Origin: Streptomycetaceae bacterium
GTDB lineage: Bacteria; Actinomycetota; Actinomycetes; Nanopelagicales; Nanopelagicaceae
Length of the DNA stretch: 64,000 nt
Direction of reading: 5' to 3'
NCBI GenBank assembly: GCA_027483765.1
Contig: JAIXTW010000005.1
Span: 11,821-75,820 of the forward strand
Shown here: piece after piece, positions 18,801 through 31,118 of the stretch
Layout: each line of letters opens with the position of its first letter
Position numbering within the stretch: position 1 is the first letter of the stretch
Program-made: the position numbers and the translations under genes
Notes under the pieces: generated by a model
Seen by the model: only the letters and a program-made list of their open reading frames with translations
The model's database searches: none
Told to the model about the DNA's origin: nothing

Positions 18801-21701
18801 AAATGTAAAGGCATTAGCAGAGAGATTGGCAGTGGCAGAACTGGTCTGTGTCTCCATGGAACCAACGCCACCGTTTGCTAAGAATCTAACGTTGTAAGTT
18901 CCACGAGTCCATATCGCATAGAAAGTTGCGGTCGCAGACGTTGAGTAACTCGCCACAGGTGTCGTTGAGCCTGCCGATGTAGCCCAGCCACCAAAAGAAT
19001 AGCCGGTGCGCAAGAAAGTTGAGGTTGCTGGAAGTGAGGTCGCAGCAGCGCCAGTTGTGTAAGAACCGGCTGTCTGCGAACCAGTTCCACTATTTGCATT
19101 GTAAGTAATTGTGTATTGATTAGCTGTCCAGACTGCGTAGAGGGTGAGTGAGCCCGCAGGGGAATATGGCGAAGTGAGCGCTGTTCCAGTCTCTGTCAGG
19201 GACCATCCACCGAATGTGTAGCCAGATTTACTTAGACCTGTTCCGGCAGGCAAAGTGAGTGCTGAGCCTGAGTAGGTAACCTGTGCCGGAGAAGTACCCA
19301 CGCCATTATTTGTGTTGTACGTGATGGTCGCATTGGTGAGGACTTGAATCGTTGTGGGGCTCGATGTTTTTGTGTTGTACTCAGAATCACCTGAGTAATT
19401 CGCGGTGACTGCATAATCGCCTACTTGTGAGGGACTCCAGAAGCATGCTGCGACGCCTGAACCATCTAGGGTGCCGGTACTGCACAAGGTATTCGATGAT
19501 CCGTCAGTGAAAGTTATAGTGCCTGTAGCACCAGCGGTCACTGTCGCCGTCAGCGTGGTGGATTGTCCAACATAGAGACTTGCTCTCGAAGAAACAAAGG
19601 TGGTTGGAGGAGTTACTTTGGGATATCCAAAAGCCCGTATCGGTCTCATAAAGTCGTCGTTGTTTTTACTACCTGTGAAGTGGCCTGCGTTTGACCAGTT
19701 CTGTACCCACATCTCCCCAGTATTAGCTTCTGAAGATGATTGATAATAATCAAGCAAGAAGCCTCCACGATCGCCGCCAGCATTGGCAGTGTTTTTAAAT
19801 GATGAACCTGCGCTGCACTTTTCTGTTAAAACACCCGTAGCGCGACCACGTGCATACTTACATAGTTCATTTAGCTCATTGATTGATGGAATAAACCACT
19901 CACCCGCAGTTACATTACCGGCGTAAGCCAGCACTGCAGCTTGACCAGCAGAAGTTGCTCCTGACACTCTCATCACGCTTGTGTTGTAAAAACCTTGTCC
20001 TATTCTCCAGTTATATTTCTCGCCGGTAAAACCACTTTGGGGTGTGGAGGGCTCAGTATTTTGCGCCGTCTTCACGGTCGTGTTTGAGGACCACTGATAC
20101 TTTAAATCGTCGGCAACTGTTGAACCTCCGCTGCGCCATGTAGACGGCGCGACTTCTAAGAGTTTGCAAGAGTTAGCGCAGATTGCACCGGGAGCGGAAA
20201 AATTAGAGGAGGCAATATAGAAAACATATCCCCCACCGGGACCTTTATCACCAATAATGCAGGGTCCTCCTTGCGAACACGAAGAAACTCTCAGTGTGAA
20301 CGTCGCGAAAGCACTGCCTGTTGTACCTGTTCCCGTGACCGTATACACAGTTGATGCAGCAGCGGCAGTAGGCGTACCTGTGATCAATCCTGTAGCTGTA
20401 TCGAAGGAGAGTCCGGCGCTTAACGAAGGTGAAATCGAGTACTGATCAACTAGTCCACCTGTGGAGTTAATGGAATAACCTGAAATTACAGATCCAACGC
20501 TCGCGGTTTCACTAGTAGATGTAAATGTGAAAGCAGGTGCGGGAGGCAGAAATGCATAGCGAAACACTTTAGTGGTTGGGTTAGTTGAACCGTATTCACC
20601 CGTTGTGATGTAAGCCTTGCTACCGTCAGGGCTAATTTTCACGGAGTTTACAGTGGCACTTGGATTATTCTGCAGCGTCCAGGTCGCAGCAGAATCCTGT
20701 GAAATCCAAACATTGTTTGCGGAATCCCACCCGATTAATCGTGTACCGTCAGCGCTTGATTTAATTCCTCGCCAGATCTTTGATGTTCCAGGTAAAGAAC
20801 TAAAGTTTTGACCACCGTCTGTTGACTTAAAAACGAAACTTGCAACTCCAGAGCCAGAACCACCCGCTGTATAAATCTTCGTGCCATCTTGGCTCCCTGT
20901 TAGTCCACGCGGAGAACCTACGGTGGAAGAGTAGTTCGAACCCCAAGTCCAGTTAGTTGTATTCAGCTTCCACAATCCTCCAGAATTTGATTTTGCAAAC
21001 CAGATCGCGTTGCCCGATTTCGACACATGGACTGCCCCCTCGGCAAATATGCTCACAGGTAGGGTTATTTTAGAGAATGTTGTTCCTGAATCTGTGCTTA
21101 CGAGCAGACACGAAGAATTAAACACGGGAATGGCAATAACCGATCCATCTCCACTCATTGATATTCCCGTGCTTTCAGGCCCTGCAGTGGTATTTAAAAA
21201 ATTGATTTGATTATTGCACTGTGAACGCAGCGAAACTAAAGACTTGGTAGTCCAATTTGCACCTTGGTTGCTTGAGATGGAAAGTTCGCTTGATGTATAG
21301 GTGGTTATCACGCTTTTTTGGCCATCATCACTTGTTACTGCCATCGTCGGTGTTGATGCACTAGTCTGCGTCAGTGTGGATGACTTCTCAGTCCAACTTC
21401 CCCCGGAATCCGATGAGACATAAATACCATTTGCATTTGGATTCCGTGAAACACTTCCACTGAGTAACACCAGTTTTGATCCGTCAGAGCTAACTGCTAT
21501 GTCGTTAGCAGAAATGACCGTACTGGGAATGGTTAATTGCGTAACCGTCGGCTCTGCTGCATTTGCGCTATTCATTGTGGTTGGAATTGCAACCATCATC
21601 GAACCCATTAAGCTAAAAATCACGATTCTATATATTGATGATGAAGTCATAGATAACCGATTTCTTCGCATGCTTCTTGCTTTCGATATAAATAGGGTCA
21701 T
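15828..21701 (-). CDS. Giant (~1,950-aa) secreted surface protein: Asp-box beta-propeller, putative Ig domain, DUF1566-like domain, Big_3 Ig, 11 InlB-B/Listeria-Bacteroides repeats, Ala/Lys coil, OmpA-like-looking C-terminus
   Basis: Uninterrupted ORF; signal peptide ending ANA|A; five SxDxGxxW/F boxes; GLSFDTATGLITGTP; WFIPSINEL; 11 Y.I.Y...G...GY.F.GW...L.A.W units. The start codon is uncertain (21701, 21671 or 21650). Confidence 0.88.
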   Translation of the reverse strand: MTLFISKARSMRRNRLSMTSSSIYRIVIFSLMGSMMVAIPTTMNSANAAEPTVTQLTIPSTVISANDIAVSSDGSKLVLLSGSVSRNPNANGIYVSSDSGGSWTEKSSTLTQTSASTPTMAVTSDDGQKSVITTYTSSELSISSNQGANWTTKSLVSLRSQCNNQINFLNTTAGPESTGISMSGDGSVIAIPVFNSSCLLVSTDSGTTFSKITLPVSIFAEGAVHVSKSGNAIWFAKSNSGGLWKLNTTNWTWGSNYSSTVGSPRGLTGSQDGTKIYTAGGSGSGVASFVFKSTDGGQNFSSLPGTSKIWRGIKSSADGTRLIGWDSANNVWISQDSAATWTLQNNPSATVNSVKISPDGSKAYITTGEYGSTNPTTKVFRYAFLPPAPAFTFTSTSETASVGSVISGYSINSTGGLVDQYSISPSLSAGLSFDTATGLITGTPTAAAASTVYTVTGTGTTGSAFATFTLRVSSCSQGGPCIIGDKGPGGGYVFYIASSNFSAPGAICANSCKLLEVAPSTWRSGGSTVADDLKYQWSSNTTVKTAQNTEPSTPQSGFTGEKYNWRIGQGFYNTSVMRVSGATSAGQAAVLAYAGNVTAGEWFIPSINELNELCKYARGRATGVLTEKCSAGSSFKNTANAGGDRGGFLLDYYQSSSEANTGEMWVQNWSNAGHFTGSKNNDDFMRPIRAFGYPKVTPPTTFVSSRASLYVGQSTTLTATVTAGATGTITFTDGSSNTLCSTGTLDGSGVAACFWSPSQVGDYAVTANYSGDSEYNTKTSSPTTIQVLTNATITYNTNNGVGTSPAQVTYSGSALTLPAGTGLSKSGYTFGGWSLTETGTALTSPYSPAGSLTLYAVWTANQYTITYNANSGTGSQTAGSYTTGAAATSLPATSTFLRTGYSFGGWATSAGSTTPVASYSTSATATFYAIWTRGTYNVRFLANGGVGSMETQTSSATANLSANAFTFTDRTFTGWNTSADGTGIAYSNSQSYPFLANLTLYARWGNLISFSSQGATSGSPSFTSQSWTSGAINLATLGTMVKTGYTFGGWTNGTTTYASGASYTPTTGITLNPVWNAATYTISYNANLATGGTVPSNQSWTTGTTALTLSGNTGTLVKSGYSFGGWATTASSTTPVTTHSTSTNRIFYAIWTPVNYTITYALAGGTSTLPTQANQRISNSFTLATAPTRASYNFAGWSDSRTAYGALATYTITASTPSAVTLTAQWIPVYTVSYILNGSTDSVTAPALYDSGTVISLAVAPTLTGHTFDGWVDSSNNLRAALSSFTVVANSTLQARWTAVPYSVTYNLGGASGTLPLQSSLTINQNFQVAPTPIRAGYIFTGWSESSTVYAAGSTYVIASSNVLLTAQWAAIAYAVTFDLGGGVGTLPTRSDGFIGSTFALPSAGSNPTQIAHTFTGWSDGAALYAAGSTYTFSAADVTLTAQFSLNGYTQINYSLGIDGAGALPTQSSKLEGNTIIVASGAGITRANYAFAGWSDGTATYQPGDVYLVGPEAAPVTFVPSWTSGYNVSYSTGSGFGVAPIDPVGRITGSTFTVASAATVSRQGFTFTGWSDGSRVVAPGATYTVASSNIILSARWVQNSLAGIPSNALTPLANFSIVSGVGPTGSFNFGSMTVSYEIPVNALSAGTVISIYGLTDFSSLVGIVPSDKSVISSTVIAWLGTDGTVQDTNSPIKMTIIDSQIIPGSVVYAVTGGELTLLGTATTNGSITTTIVSDPVILIANPVVVNTRAPAPAPAPEPVVVDNSAAIKAAKELAEKKAAEDAAAAAALKAAQEKMAADAEALAEAKAVADAAAVKAAQDAADASAKAAAALQAAKDAEIAAANAAKAIKPAVSLYSLSSTLKLSTYDSAYLTKYVKSLKNGASVTCIGYSYSKNTTMKKATALAKSQATAVCALMKMTNKTLKTSVVVYPATKAPKAAVGAKWVGVSYRIDGYKTKP

Positions 21702-21742
21702 AATCCTGAAAAATACTCGCGTGGGTCTCCGATTCTCATTTC

Positions 21743-21846
21743 TGTCACATTTTTGAAAACCGCACGAATAAATCTTTGTTAAGTTGGAACTTTCAGGTAA
21801 CACTTGTGACATCACTTCCCTGTCTTTGCAAGCCCGTGTGACATCA
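21743..21846. promoter_or_regulatory. Candidate regulator boxes: TGTGACATCA at 21805-21814 and 21837-21846, plus inverted TGTCACA at 21743-21749
   Basis: Exact 10-bp direct repeat at a 32-bp period in the divergent spacer between the giant gene and the response regulator. Confidence 0.6.
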
Positions 21847-21852
21847 TTAGGT

Positions 21853-22521
21853 ATGAATTCAACGAGAGTTATTTACATAGAAAATGACTCTGCTCTTCGT
21901 CAATTTCTTCAAGAATCTATGTCTCGGATTTCAGATCTTGAGGTAATAGGAACCTACGCCGATGGAATTTCTGCACTCAATCGGGCTGTAGTAAAGAAAG
22001 CGGATGTGGCTCTCATTGACTTCGGTTTAGATACCGATGGTTTAAATGGCATTGAGCTTGGCATTGCTCTTCGTGAAATCAACGAATACATCGGCATTGT
22101 CATCTATTCGCAATTTAACGTTCGTAAGATGGTCAATCGCGTTCCCCCTGCCATGCGCAATGGCTGGTCTTTCTTTGAAAAGAGTGGAGAGATGTCGGGG
22201 AATGATTACGCAAAGATTTTGAAGGAGACTGCGGTAGGAAAGGGAAACTGGGAAGAGTTCTTTCCGGTTGTCTCAGAAGGGGGCGAGGGTGAGATCAATC
22301 TTTACTACGCACTTTCATCTCGCCAGCGCTCAATCATCTCCCTTCTGGCTCAAGGAATTTCTGTTCAAGAGATCAGCGTTCGTCTTGATCTCACTTATTC
22401 CTACGTCCGAAAAGAATTGTCGCGGGCATATGACACTCTTCTGCCTGATGCCAAAGAGGGTGATGATTTAAAGACATTGGCAATTTTGAAGTATCTACAA
22501 CTCATGAAAACTCTCTCATGA
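21853..22521 (+). CDS. Response regulator, NarL/LuxR type
   Basis: Receiver domain (IEND, ALIDFGL phospho-Asp, YSQ, EKS) plus C-terminal HTH (LSSRQRSIISLLAQG). Confidence 0.88.
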   Translation: MNSTRVIYIENDSALRQFLQESMSRISDLEVIGTYADGISALNRAVVKKADVALIDFGLDTDGLNGIELGIALREINEYIGIVIYSQFNVRKMVNRVPPAMRNGWSFFEKSGEMSGNDYAKILKETAVGKGNWEEFFPVVSEGGEGEINLYYALSSRQRSIISLLAQGISVQEISVRLDLTYSYVRKELSRAYDTLLPDAKEGDDLKTLAILKYLQLMKTLS

Positions 22522-23630
22522 GAGAACAACTACTCAAGATTAAGAACTTCCTTGGCCCGCACGATTATCGGCCAGGATTTATCTATCTTACGATCCTGGT
22601 CTTTAGCTTATCAAATTTAAGAACCTACACTTTTGATTATGAATATGGGCCAGAGAGAATTAGGTTCTTCTTCACTGGTCTTCTTGCTTATGCATTCATG
22701 GGGCTACCGCTTTATCTCGTTTTAAAAGCCTCACAGGTGATTTGGGGTAAAAGACGGAAGAGCTTCAGAATTTATATCCTCGAAATGGCTCTCGCGTCTC
22801 TCATCACCGTGTTTGTACAAATTGCCGGACAGAGATATTTGATTCCACTGCTCAAGACTGGGGACTTTTTGAATGCAGGTATATTTGTAGGCGAATTTAT
22901 CACTAGATTCGTCTTCGCAATTTTCTTCGTTGCCATCACGCATAATCGATTGAGAACCTTGGGTGAGAATCTTGCAACAGCCTCTGCCCTCAACAGTGAA
23001 TTAAATGAACGTTACGCGACGTTAGTGGAGTCAGATGAGGAGATTCGTTCCCACGCATCTCAGCTACTCCATGATCGTATCCAGGGTAAATTGATGTTAG
23101 CCGGAGCAAAATTGACAAGAGTTACCGAAGTTATCTCTGATGAAGGCAAGCTCGGATTATTCGCGGTTATCAAAGAGATAGAACAGATACGCTCAATCGA
23201 CGTCCGTGAAGTTTCGCAGTTACTCACTCCCAATCTAGCGGGTGAAGGGCTAGTTGGAAGTTGCGAGAATTTAATTAACGAGTTTTCCAGTGAACTCACC
23301 TTTACTCTTGAGATTCCCCAGGAGGCAGATTCCTTCGACGAAGAAATCAAGCTCGGTATTTATCGCATTATTGAGCAGGGTGTGATTAACTCCATCAAAC
23401 ATGGTCCTGCATCTCACATAACTATCCGCGTTGCAGAGAGCAACGCCAAGGAAATTTGTGTTGAGGTTGTTGATAATGGACGAGGTGGCTCAGTTAATAG
23501 CTCCGGCAAAGGAACTGTCATTATCGATGCGTGGCTGTCGATTCTTGGTGGCAGAAAAGAGATTGAATCCCGGCCAGGAAATGGCTTTACCCTGCGTGTT
23601 TTCTTAGCGAAGAAGTTAAGAGTTAATTAA
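22518..23630 (+). CDS. Membrane sensor histidine kinase (HisKA_3/NarX-like)
   Basis: About four N-terminal TMs, LLHDRIQ H-box, YRIIEQGVINSIKHG N-box, VDNGRG and G.G motifs; ATGA overlap with the regulator. Confidence 0.88.
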   Translation: MREQLLKIKNFLGPHDYRPGFIYLTILVFSLSNLRTYTFDYEYGPERIRFFFTGLLAYAFMGLPLYLVLKASQVIWGKRRKSFRIYILEMALASLITVFVQIAGQRYLIPLLKTGDFLNAGIFVGEFITRFVFAIFFVAITHNRLRTLGENLATASALNSELNERYATLVESDEEIRSHASQLLHDRIQGKLMLAGAKLTRVTEVISDEGKLGLFAVIKEIEQIRSIDVREVSQLLTPNLAGEGLVGSCENLINEFSSELTFTLEIPQEADSFDEEIKLGIYRIIEQGVINSIKHGPASHITIRVAESNAKEICVEVVDNGRGGSVNSSGKGTVIIDAWLSILGGRKEIESRPGNGFTLRVFLAKKLRVN

Positions 23631-23874
23631 CGCTCTCTGTAAGAATCGAGACGCGATCATTTGAAACAGATAGGAACCCACCACTGACATTAAATTCCTG
23701 AGTTGTGCCATCTAGACCCTTGATGCTGACCGCTCCGTCGACTAGTACGCCAAACAAAGGTGTGTGACCTGGAAGAACTCCGAGGTCACCTTCAGTGGTG
23801 CGAGCAGAGACAAATGATGCCTGCCCGGACCACACCTGTTGTGTTGGCGATACTAGTGCGACGTTAAGAGGCAT
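23623..23874 (-). CDS. atpC: ATP synthase epsilon subunit, N-terminal beta-sandwich only (83 aa)
   Basis: GDLGVLPGHTPL and VSGGFLSV motifs; last gene of the atp operon. Confidence 0.93.
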   Translation of the reverse strand: MPLNVALVSPTQQVWSGQASFVSARTTEGDLGVLPGHTPLFGVLVDGAVSIKGLDGTTQEFNVSGGFLSVSNDRVSILTESVN

Positions 23875-23888
23875 GGTTTTTCCCTTAG

Positions 23889-26221
<2,333 letters not shown>

Positions 26222-26224
26222 GAG

Positions 26225-27865
26225 TTACTTCTTCACCGCCGGTGGGACGAACTTGGTAATTGCTTCCGCCCCTTCGCTATCAAGAGCTTCTGCTGGTGCA
26301 TCGTTCACTGCTGGTGCAACTGATGGCTTGAACTGCTTCTTGAAATCAGCAACTGCAGATTCCATCTTTGAAACAGTGTCATCTTCCAGCTGCTTAGTCT
26401 CTGAGATCACGGTAAAGATCTCTTTACGTTCGCGGCCAATAAAGTCGAGCAGTTCAGTTTCAAAGCGACGGATATCAGCGACAGCAACATCATCGAGCTT
26501 GCCTGTTGTACCTGCCCAGATTGAAACAATCTGACGCTCGAGTGAATATGGTGAGTACTGACCCTGCTTAAGTAGTTCAACCATGCGTGCACCGCGCTCA
26601 AGCTGAGCCTTTGATGCCGCATCAAGATCTGAACCGAAAGCTGCGAATGCTTCAAGCTCACGGAACTGTGCGAGGTCAAGACGCAAACGACCAGCGATCT
26701 TCTTCATCGCCTTTGTCTGTGCTGAACCACCTACGCGAGAAACAGAGATACCTACGTTAATCGCTGGGCGAACGCCTGCGTTAAAGAGATCTGTTTCAAG
26801 GAAGCACTGACCGTCAGTAATAGAAATTACGTTTGTCGGAATAAATGCAGAGACGTCATTTCCCTTTGTTTCAATGATTGGTAGACCAGTCATTGAACCG
26901 CCACCGAGTTCATCGGAAAGCTTTGCGCAACGCTCGAGCAAACGTGAGTGTAAGTAGAAAACATCTCCTGGGTACGCTTCGCGGCCTGGTGGACGACGAA
27001 GAAGGAGTGAGACTGAACGATATGCCTCAGCTTGCTTAGAAAGATCATCAAAGACGATAAGAACGTGCTCGCCGTTGTACATCCAGTGCTGACCAATTGC
27101 AGAACCGGTATACGGTGCAAGGTACTTAAAGCCTGCTGGGTCAGATGCTGGGGATGCCACGATTGTTGTGTATTCCATCGCGCCAGCTTCTTCGAGTGCG
27201 CCCTTAACAGAAGCGATCGTTGAACCCTTCTGGCCAATAGCAACGTAGATGCACTTAACCTGCTTCTTCTTATCGCCGGTCAGCCAGTTTTCGCGCTGGT
27301 TAATAATTGTGTCGATTGCAACTGCAGTCTTACCAGTCTGACGGTCACCAATGATGAGCTGACGCTGTCCACGACCGATTGCTGTCATCGCATCGATTGC
27401 CTTGATACCTGTAGCCATTGGCTCTTTCACTGGTTGACGCTGAACAACTGATGGTGCCTGAAGTTCAAGTGCACGGCGTGCATCAGGTTTGATTTCGCCC
27501 TTGCCATCAATTGGTCGACCTAGTGGGTCAACAACGCGACCGAGAAATCCGTCACCGACAGGAACGGAGAGAACTTCACCGGTACGACGTACCGAAGTTC
27601 CTTCTTCAATACCTGCGTAATCGCCCAAGATAACAACACCGATTTCGCGCACGTCAAGGTTAAGTGCGAGTCCTAGTGTTCCGTTCTCGAACTGAAGTAG
27701 TTCGTTAGCCATTGTCGAAGGAAGACCTTCAACGCGAGCGATTCCATCGCCTGCCTGGCTTACTGTTCCGACTTCATCACGAGCCGCGGTGCCTGGATCG
27801 TATGACTTAACGAAGTTCGCTAAGGCATCCCGAATTTCATTCGGTTGGATCTTGAGCTCTGCCAT
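26225..27865 (-). CDS. atpA: ATP synthase alpha subunit with C-terminal extension
   Basis: [30 protein letters not shown]. Confidence 0.99.
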   Translation of the reverse strand: MAELKIQPNEIRDALANFVKSYDPGTAARDEVGTVSQAGDGIARVEGLPSTMANELLQFENGTLGLALNLDVREIGVVILGDYAGIEEGTSVRRTGEVLSVPVGDGFLGRVVDPLGRPIDGKGEIKPDARRALELQAPSVVQRQPVKEPMATGIKAIDAMTAIGRGQRQLIIGDRQTGKTAVAIDTIINQRENWLTGDKKKQVKCIYVAIGQKGSTIASVKGALEEAGAMEYTTIVASPASDPAGFKYLAPYTGSAIGQHWMYNGEHVLIVFDDLSKQAEAYRSVSLLLRRPPGREAYPGDVFYLHSRLLERCAKLSDELGGGSMTGLPIIETKGNDVSAFIPTNVISITDGQCFLETDLFNAGVRPAINVGISVSRVGGSAQTKAMKKIAGRLRLDLAQFRELEAFAAFGSDLDAASKAQLERGARMVELLKQGQYSPYSLERQIVSIWAGTTGKLDDVAVADIRRFETELLDFIGRERKEIFTVISETKQLEDDTVSKMESAVADFKKQFKPSVAPAVNDAPAEALDSEGAEAITKFVPPAVKK

Positions 27866-27882
27866 GAGTTTCCCCTTTATTC

Positions 27883-28716
27883 CTATTTATTTCCAGCAAG
27901 TGCGCGTCCGGCACTTGCAAGTCGATGTGAAACGCTTCCATCTACAAGTTCATCTGCAAACTTCACTGAGACTCCACCAAGAATTGATGGCTCGACCTCA
28001 ATGTTGACGCGGATTGGTTGCCCAACCTGCTTTTCAATCGCCGTTGCAAGGCGTGACTTCTGTGAATCTGATATCGCTGTTGCCACGCGAATCACTGCAA
28101 TCAAACGGTTGCGACGATTTGCCAGACCGAAGAGATAGTCGGCAAATGCTGCCTCAATACTGCGACCGCGAAGGCTGGTAACAAGTGCGACCGCCAGTCT
28201 TACAGTCGATGCAGATGCCTTTTTGCCAAGTACTTCTGCTACCAGGGCAGACTTTGCTTGCGCAGTTCCAGCTCCTACAAGTGCTTTACGAAGTTCGAAG
28301 TTATCGACAACGAGTTCTGATGTTTCAAAGAGTTCATCCTCTACTCGATCGAGCTCATTGTTAAGGTTTGCAGCGGATGCTTCCGCTTCAATCGCTAGTT
28401 GCTCAAGCACATGAACCAGGTCTCCTGCAGCAGACCAACGAAGAGTTGATACGGCTGTGAGTATTTCTAGTGCAGATGTGGAGAGTGACTTGCCAAAGAG
28501 ATCCTTAACAAGTGCGCCCTTAGATGCGGCATCACGTGCAGGATCTGCGAAAGCACGACGGATTGATGTGTTCTGCGAGAGAACGTCTGCCGCAAAGAAG
28601 AGATGTGTCGAGAGTTCAGATGCGGAGGCTGCTGTTGCACCCTTTACGGCAGCATCGAGCGTCGCGCGTGCAGTCACGAATGACTGACGGCTACTGCCTC
28701 CGAAGTGAATTCTCAT
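27883..28716 (-). CDS. atpH: ATP synthase delta subunit (long actinobacterial form)
   Basis: Position between atpF and atpA; [19 protein letters not shown]. Confidence 0.95.
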   Translation of the reverse strand: MRIHFGGSSRQSFVTARATLDAAVKGATAASASELSTHLFFAADVLSQNTSIRRAFADPARDAASKGALVKDLFGKSLSTSALEILTAVSTLRWSAAGDLVHVLEQLAIEAEASAANLNNELDRVEDELFETSELVVDNFELRKALVGAGTAQAKSALVAEVLGKKASASTVRLAVALVTSLRGRSIEAAFADYLFGLANRRNRLIAVIRVATAISDSQKSRLATAIEKQVGQPIRVNIEVEPSILGGVSVKFADELVDGSVSHRLASAGRALAGNK

Positions 28717-28725
28717 TACTTTTCC

Positions 28726-29259
28726 TTACTTACTCTTCTCGAGATCTTCGATAAAACGATCGACAATACGTGATTGGCGAGCTTGGTCATCGAGAGCTTC
28801 CCCGACAATCTTTGATGCAAGTTCGACTGCAAGTGCGCCTACTTCATTACGAAGTGATGTCACAGCTTGTGCGCGTTCTGCCTCAATTGATGCGTGTGCT
28901 GCCGCAGTAATACGAGCAGCATCTTCTAGCGCTTTAGCGCGAATCTCTTCTGCGATAAGTGCACCTTGTTCGCGTGCCTTCTCTCGCATTTCTGCAGATT
29001 CAGCTTGAGCTGATGCAAGTTGAGCTGAGTACTGCTCGAGCGCTGCTTTGGCTTCTGCTTGCGCGATTTCAGCCTTAGCAATTCCACCCTCAATTGCCGC
29101 AGTGCGCTCGGTGTACGCCTTCTCAAACATTGGTACAACTTTTGATCGCATCACTAGGAAGAGCAGGAGGAATGCAATCGAACCGACGATTATTTCCGCG
29201 GTATGCGGAAGCAACGGGTTCGGAGCCCCACCTGCAGCTAGTTCAATAAAACTATTCAT
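28726..29259 (-). CDS. atpF: ATP synthase b subunit
   Basis: NPLLPH..EI TM followed by an Ala/Glu coiled coil. Confidence 0.96.
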   Translation of the reverse strand: MNSFIELAAGGAPNPLLPHTAEIIVGSIAFLLLFLVMRSKVVPMFEKAYTERTAAIEGGIAKAEIAQAEAKAALEQYSAQLASAQAESAEMREKAREQGALIAEEIRAKALEDAARITAAAHASIEAERAQAVTSLRNEVGALAVELASKIVGEALDDQARQSRIVDRFIEDLEKSK

Positions 29260-29281
29260 GGATAGAACCGCAGTTCTCTAA

Positions 29282-29485
29282 TTAGAGAACGAATGCGAGA
29301 ACGAGGCCGAAGAGTGCAAGAGCTTCAGCCATAGCGAATCCAAGAAACGCGATTGGTTGAAGGACGCTGCGAGCTTCTGGCTGGCGTGCGACACCGTTGA
29401 TATATGCCGCGAAGATCATGCCGACCGCGAGGCCAGGTCCGATTGCAGCTAGTCCATATCCGACGAGGTTGAGTGTGCCTGTCAT
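29282..29485 (-). CDS. atpE: ATP synthase c subunit
   Basis: Hairpin with ARQPE loop and carboxyl Glu in AEALAL. Confidence 0.97.
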   Translation of the reverse strand: MTGTLNLVGYGLAAIGPGLAVGMIFAAYINGVARQPEARSVLQPIAFLGFAMAEALALFGLVLAFVL

Positions 29486-29536
29486 TTTGTTACCTTTCCT
29501 ATCTTCGCGTTAGAAATGTTCTAACGGAATCCTTTT

Positions 29537-30325
29537 TTAGTGCTCGTCGGCGAGGCCGCCGGCGATGTAGAGCGCTGTCAGCAGCGTAAAGATATACGCC
29601 TGAAGACATTGAACGAGAAATTCGAAGAAGGTGAGCGCGATACCGAATGCGAATGCAAATGGGCTGACCAACTTGAGTCCGATAGCACCCTGCAAGAGGT
29701 GCTCACCACCGAGAATAAAGATCATCAAGAGCAAGTGACCAGCAAACATGTTTGCAAAGAGACGAAGTGAAATTGTCAGTGGGCGAACAATTAAATATGT
29801 CGCGATCTCAATTGGAGTCAGGAGAATATAAACCGGCTTTGGGACTCCTGGCATGAACAAAATATCTTTGACGTACTTAACGGTTCCTTGTTTACGAACT
29901 CCTACGTAGTGGAAGACGATGAAGGTGATAATTCCTAGAACGTATGCAAATGAAATACGGGAAAACGTTGGGAATTGAATGAAGGGCACAATTCCGAAGA
30001 TGTTATTTACCAGAATGAATGTGAATAACGAGAAGAGGTAAGGCATAAATCGCTTGAATTCATGACCCAAAATTTCTTCGCCGAGATCCTTGCGAACAAA
30101 TCCGTAGACAAGCTCGCCCGCGAATTGAAATTTAGAAGGAACGATTGCCGCTTTACGAGCAGAGAGAACGAAGAAGACTGAAATTAAAATAACGGAAAGG
30201 CCGATAAGAAAAATTGGTTTTGTTGTAAATGCGTTGTCACCAAATATTGGAGGAAGCACAAAATCTTTGCTGCTCGGCGGAATGAATTCCTCGCCTTTGG
30301 CGCTAAAAGCTGACAACGCGCGCAC
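29537..30325 (-). CDS. atpB: ATP synthase a subunit
   Basis: RLFANMFAGH, QAYIFTLLT; GTG start with AAGGAG RBS. Confidence 0.97.
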   Translation of the reverse strand: MRALSAFSAKGEEFIPPSSKDFVLPPIFGDNAFTTKPIFLIGLSVILISVFFVLSARKAAIVPSKFQFAGELVYGFVRKDLGEEILGHEFKRFMPYLFSLFTFILVNNIFGIVPFIQFPTFSRISFAYVLGIITFIVFHYVGVRKQGTVKYVKDILFMPGVPKPVYILLTPIEIATYLIVRPLTISLRLFANMFAGHLLLMIFILGGEHLLQGAIGLKLVSPFAFAFGIALTFFEFLVQCLQAYIFTLLTALYIAGGLADEH

Positions 30326-30464
30326 GTGCTCTCCTTTGAGACTACTGAGTGGGCATTAGCAGGAGTTGGGAATCTCCGCGCGTAACCTTAGGCGAAAGGG
30401 TGGATAAGTGCGAAATTCAAAGGTTGGGAAAAGATTGTGATTTTCCGCGCTTGCCCAAGGCCGG

Positions 30465-30656
30465 TTAGCGCCCGAAGCGGAGCCAGACTAGGTAGAGCGC
30501 CCCGCCCATGCCGACCAGCAGCCCGACTAGGGTGAGAAAAGATGTGTTGAAGAAGCGGTCGGCGAAATAGCCAACCCCGCCCCAAAAAATAAGGCCGGAG
30601 AGCATGTATCCGAGAATCGAGTAGAGAGCGCCTTCGCGAGGATTCTGTGTGGCCAT
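30465..30656 (-). CDS. AtpZ/AtpI family small membrane protein
   Basis: Two TMs with GYFADRFF; upstream of atpB. Confidence 0.85.
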   Translation of the reverse strand: MATQNPREGALYSILGYMLSGLIFWGGVGYFADRFFNTSFLTLVGLLVGMGGALYLVWLRFGR

Positions 30657-30659
30657 CTC

Positions 30660-31118
30660 TTATTCACCGTCTTCTGAGCTAGGGGCTTTCTTGGGCAGAG
30701 GTAAATGTAGGCGCAATTTCGTGAAGCTGGCAATTTCCCCACCTAGCCAAGCCAAAGTGAGCGCAATTGCGGTCGATCCAAATGCACCCCGATGGATTGT
30801 CTCGGGAGCGGTAAGACGGGTAATTGCGATGAGAAAAAGCGCGATTAAGAAGAGTTTGCTTACATACGAGAGCATCGCCAGCGCCATAGTACTCATGGGA
30901 TCAAGATTTCGAGAGAACTTCGAGACCAGTATATGAATTACGAAATAGACGATGACAACCACATGCGCGAGTGCCGCTCCCAAAAAACCAGGGAGTCCTT
31001 TTGTCAATGAAGAGATGATGAGCGCGATTGCCCCAACAATAAACGTTGGAAGTAGCGCACCTTTTAATAACTGACTTTCGTTACTCGCACCCGGTGCATT
31101 AGAGAGCAGATTTTTCAC
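30660..31118 (-). CDS. Four-TM membrane protein upstream of the atp operon (ATP synthase I-like)
   Basis: Hydrophobic ORF in its conserved actinobacterial position; GTG 31118 chosen from a GGAGG RBS. Confidence 0.75.
   Translation of the reverse strand: MKNLLSNAPGASNESQLLKGALLPTFIVGAIALIISSLTKGLPGFLGAALAHVVVIVYFVIHILVSKFSRNLDPMSTMALAMLSYVSKLFLIALFLIAITRLTAPETIHRGAFGSTAIALTLAWLGGEIASFTKLRLHLPLPKKAPSSEDGE

Noticed and set aside
21702-21852. Overlapping 5' extensions of the giant gene (to 21815) and the regulator (from 21784)
   Set aside because: These are longest-ORF artefacts; the signal peptide and the receiver domain both begin further inside.
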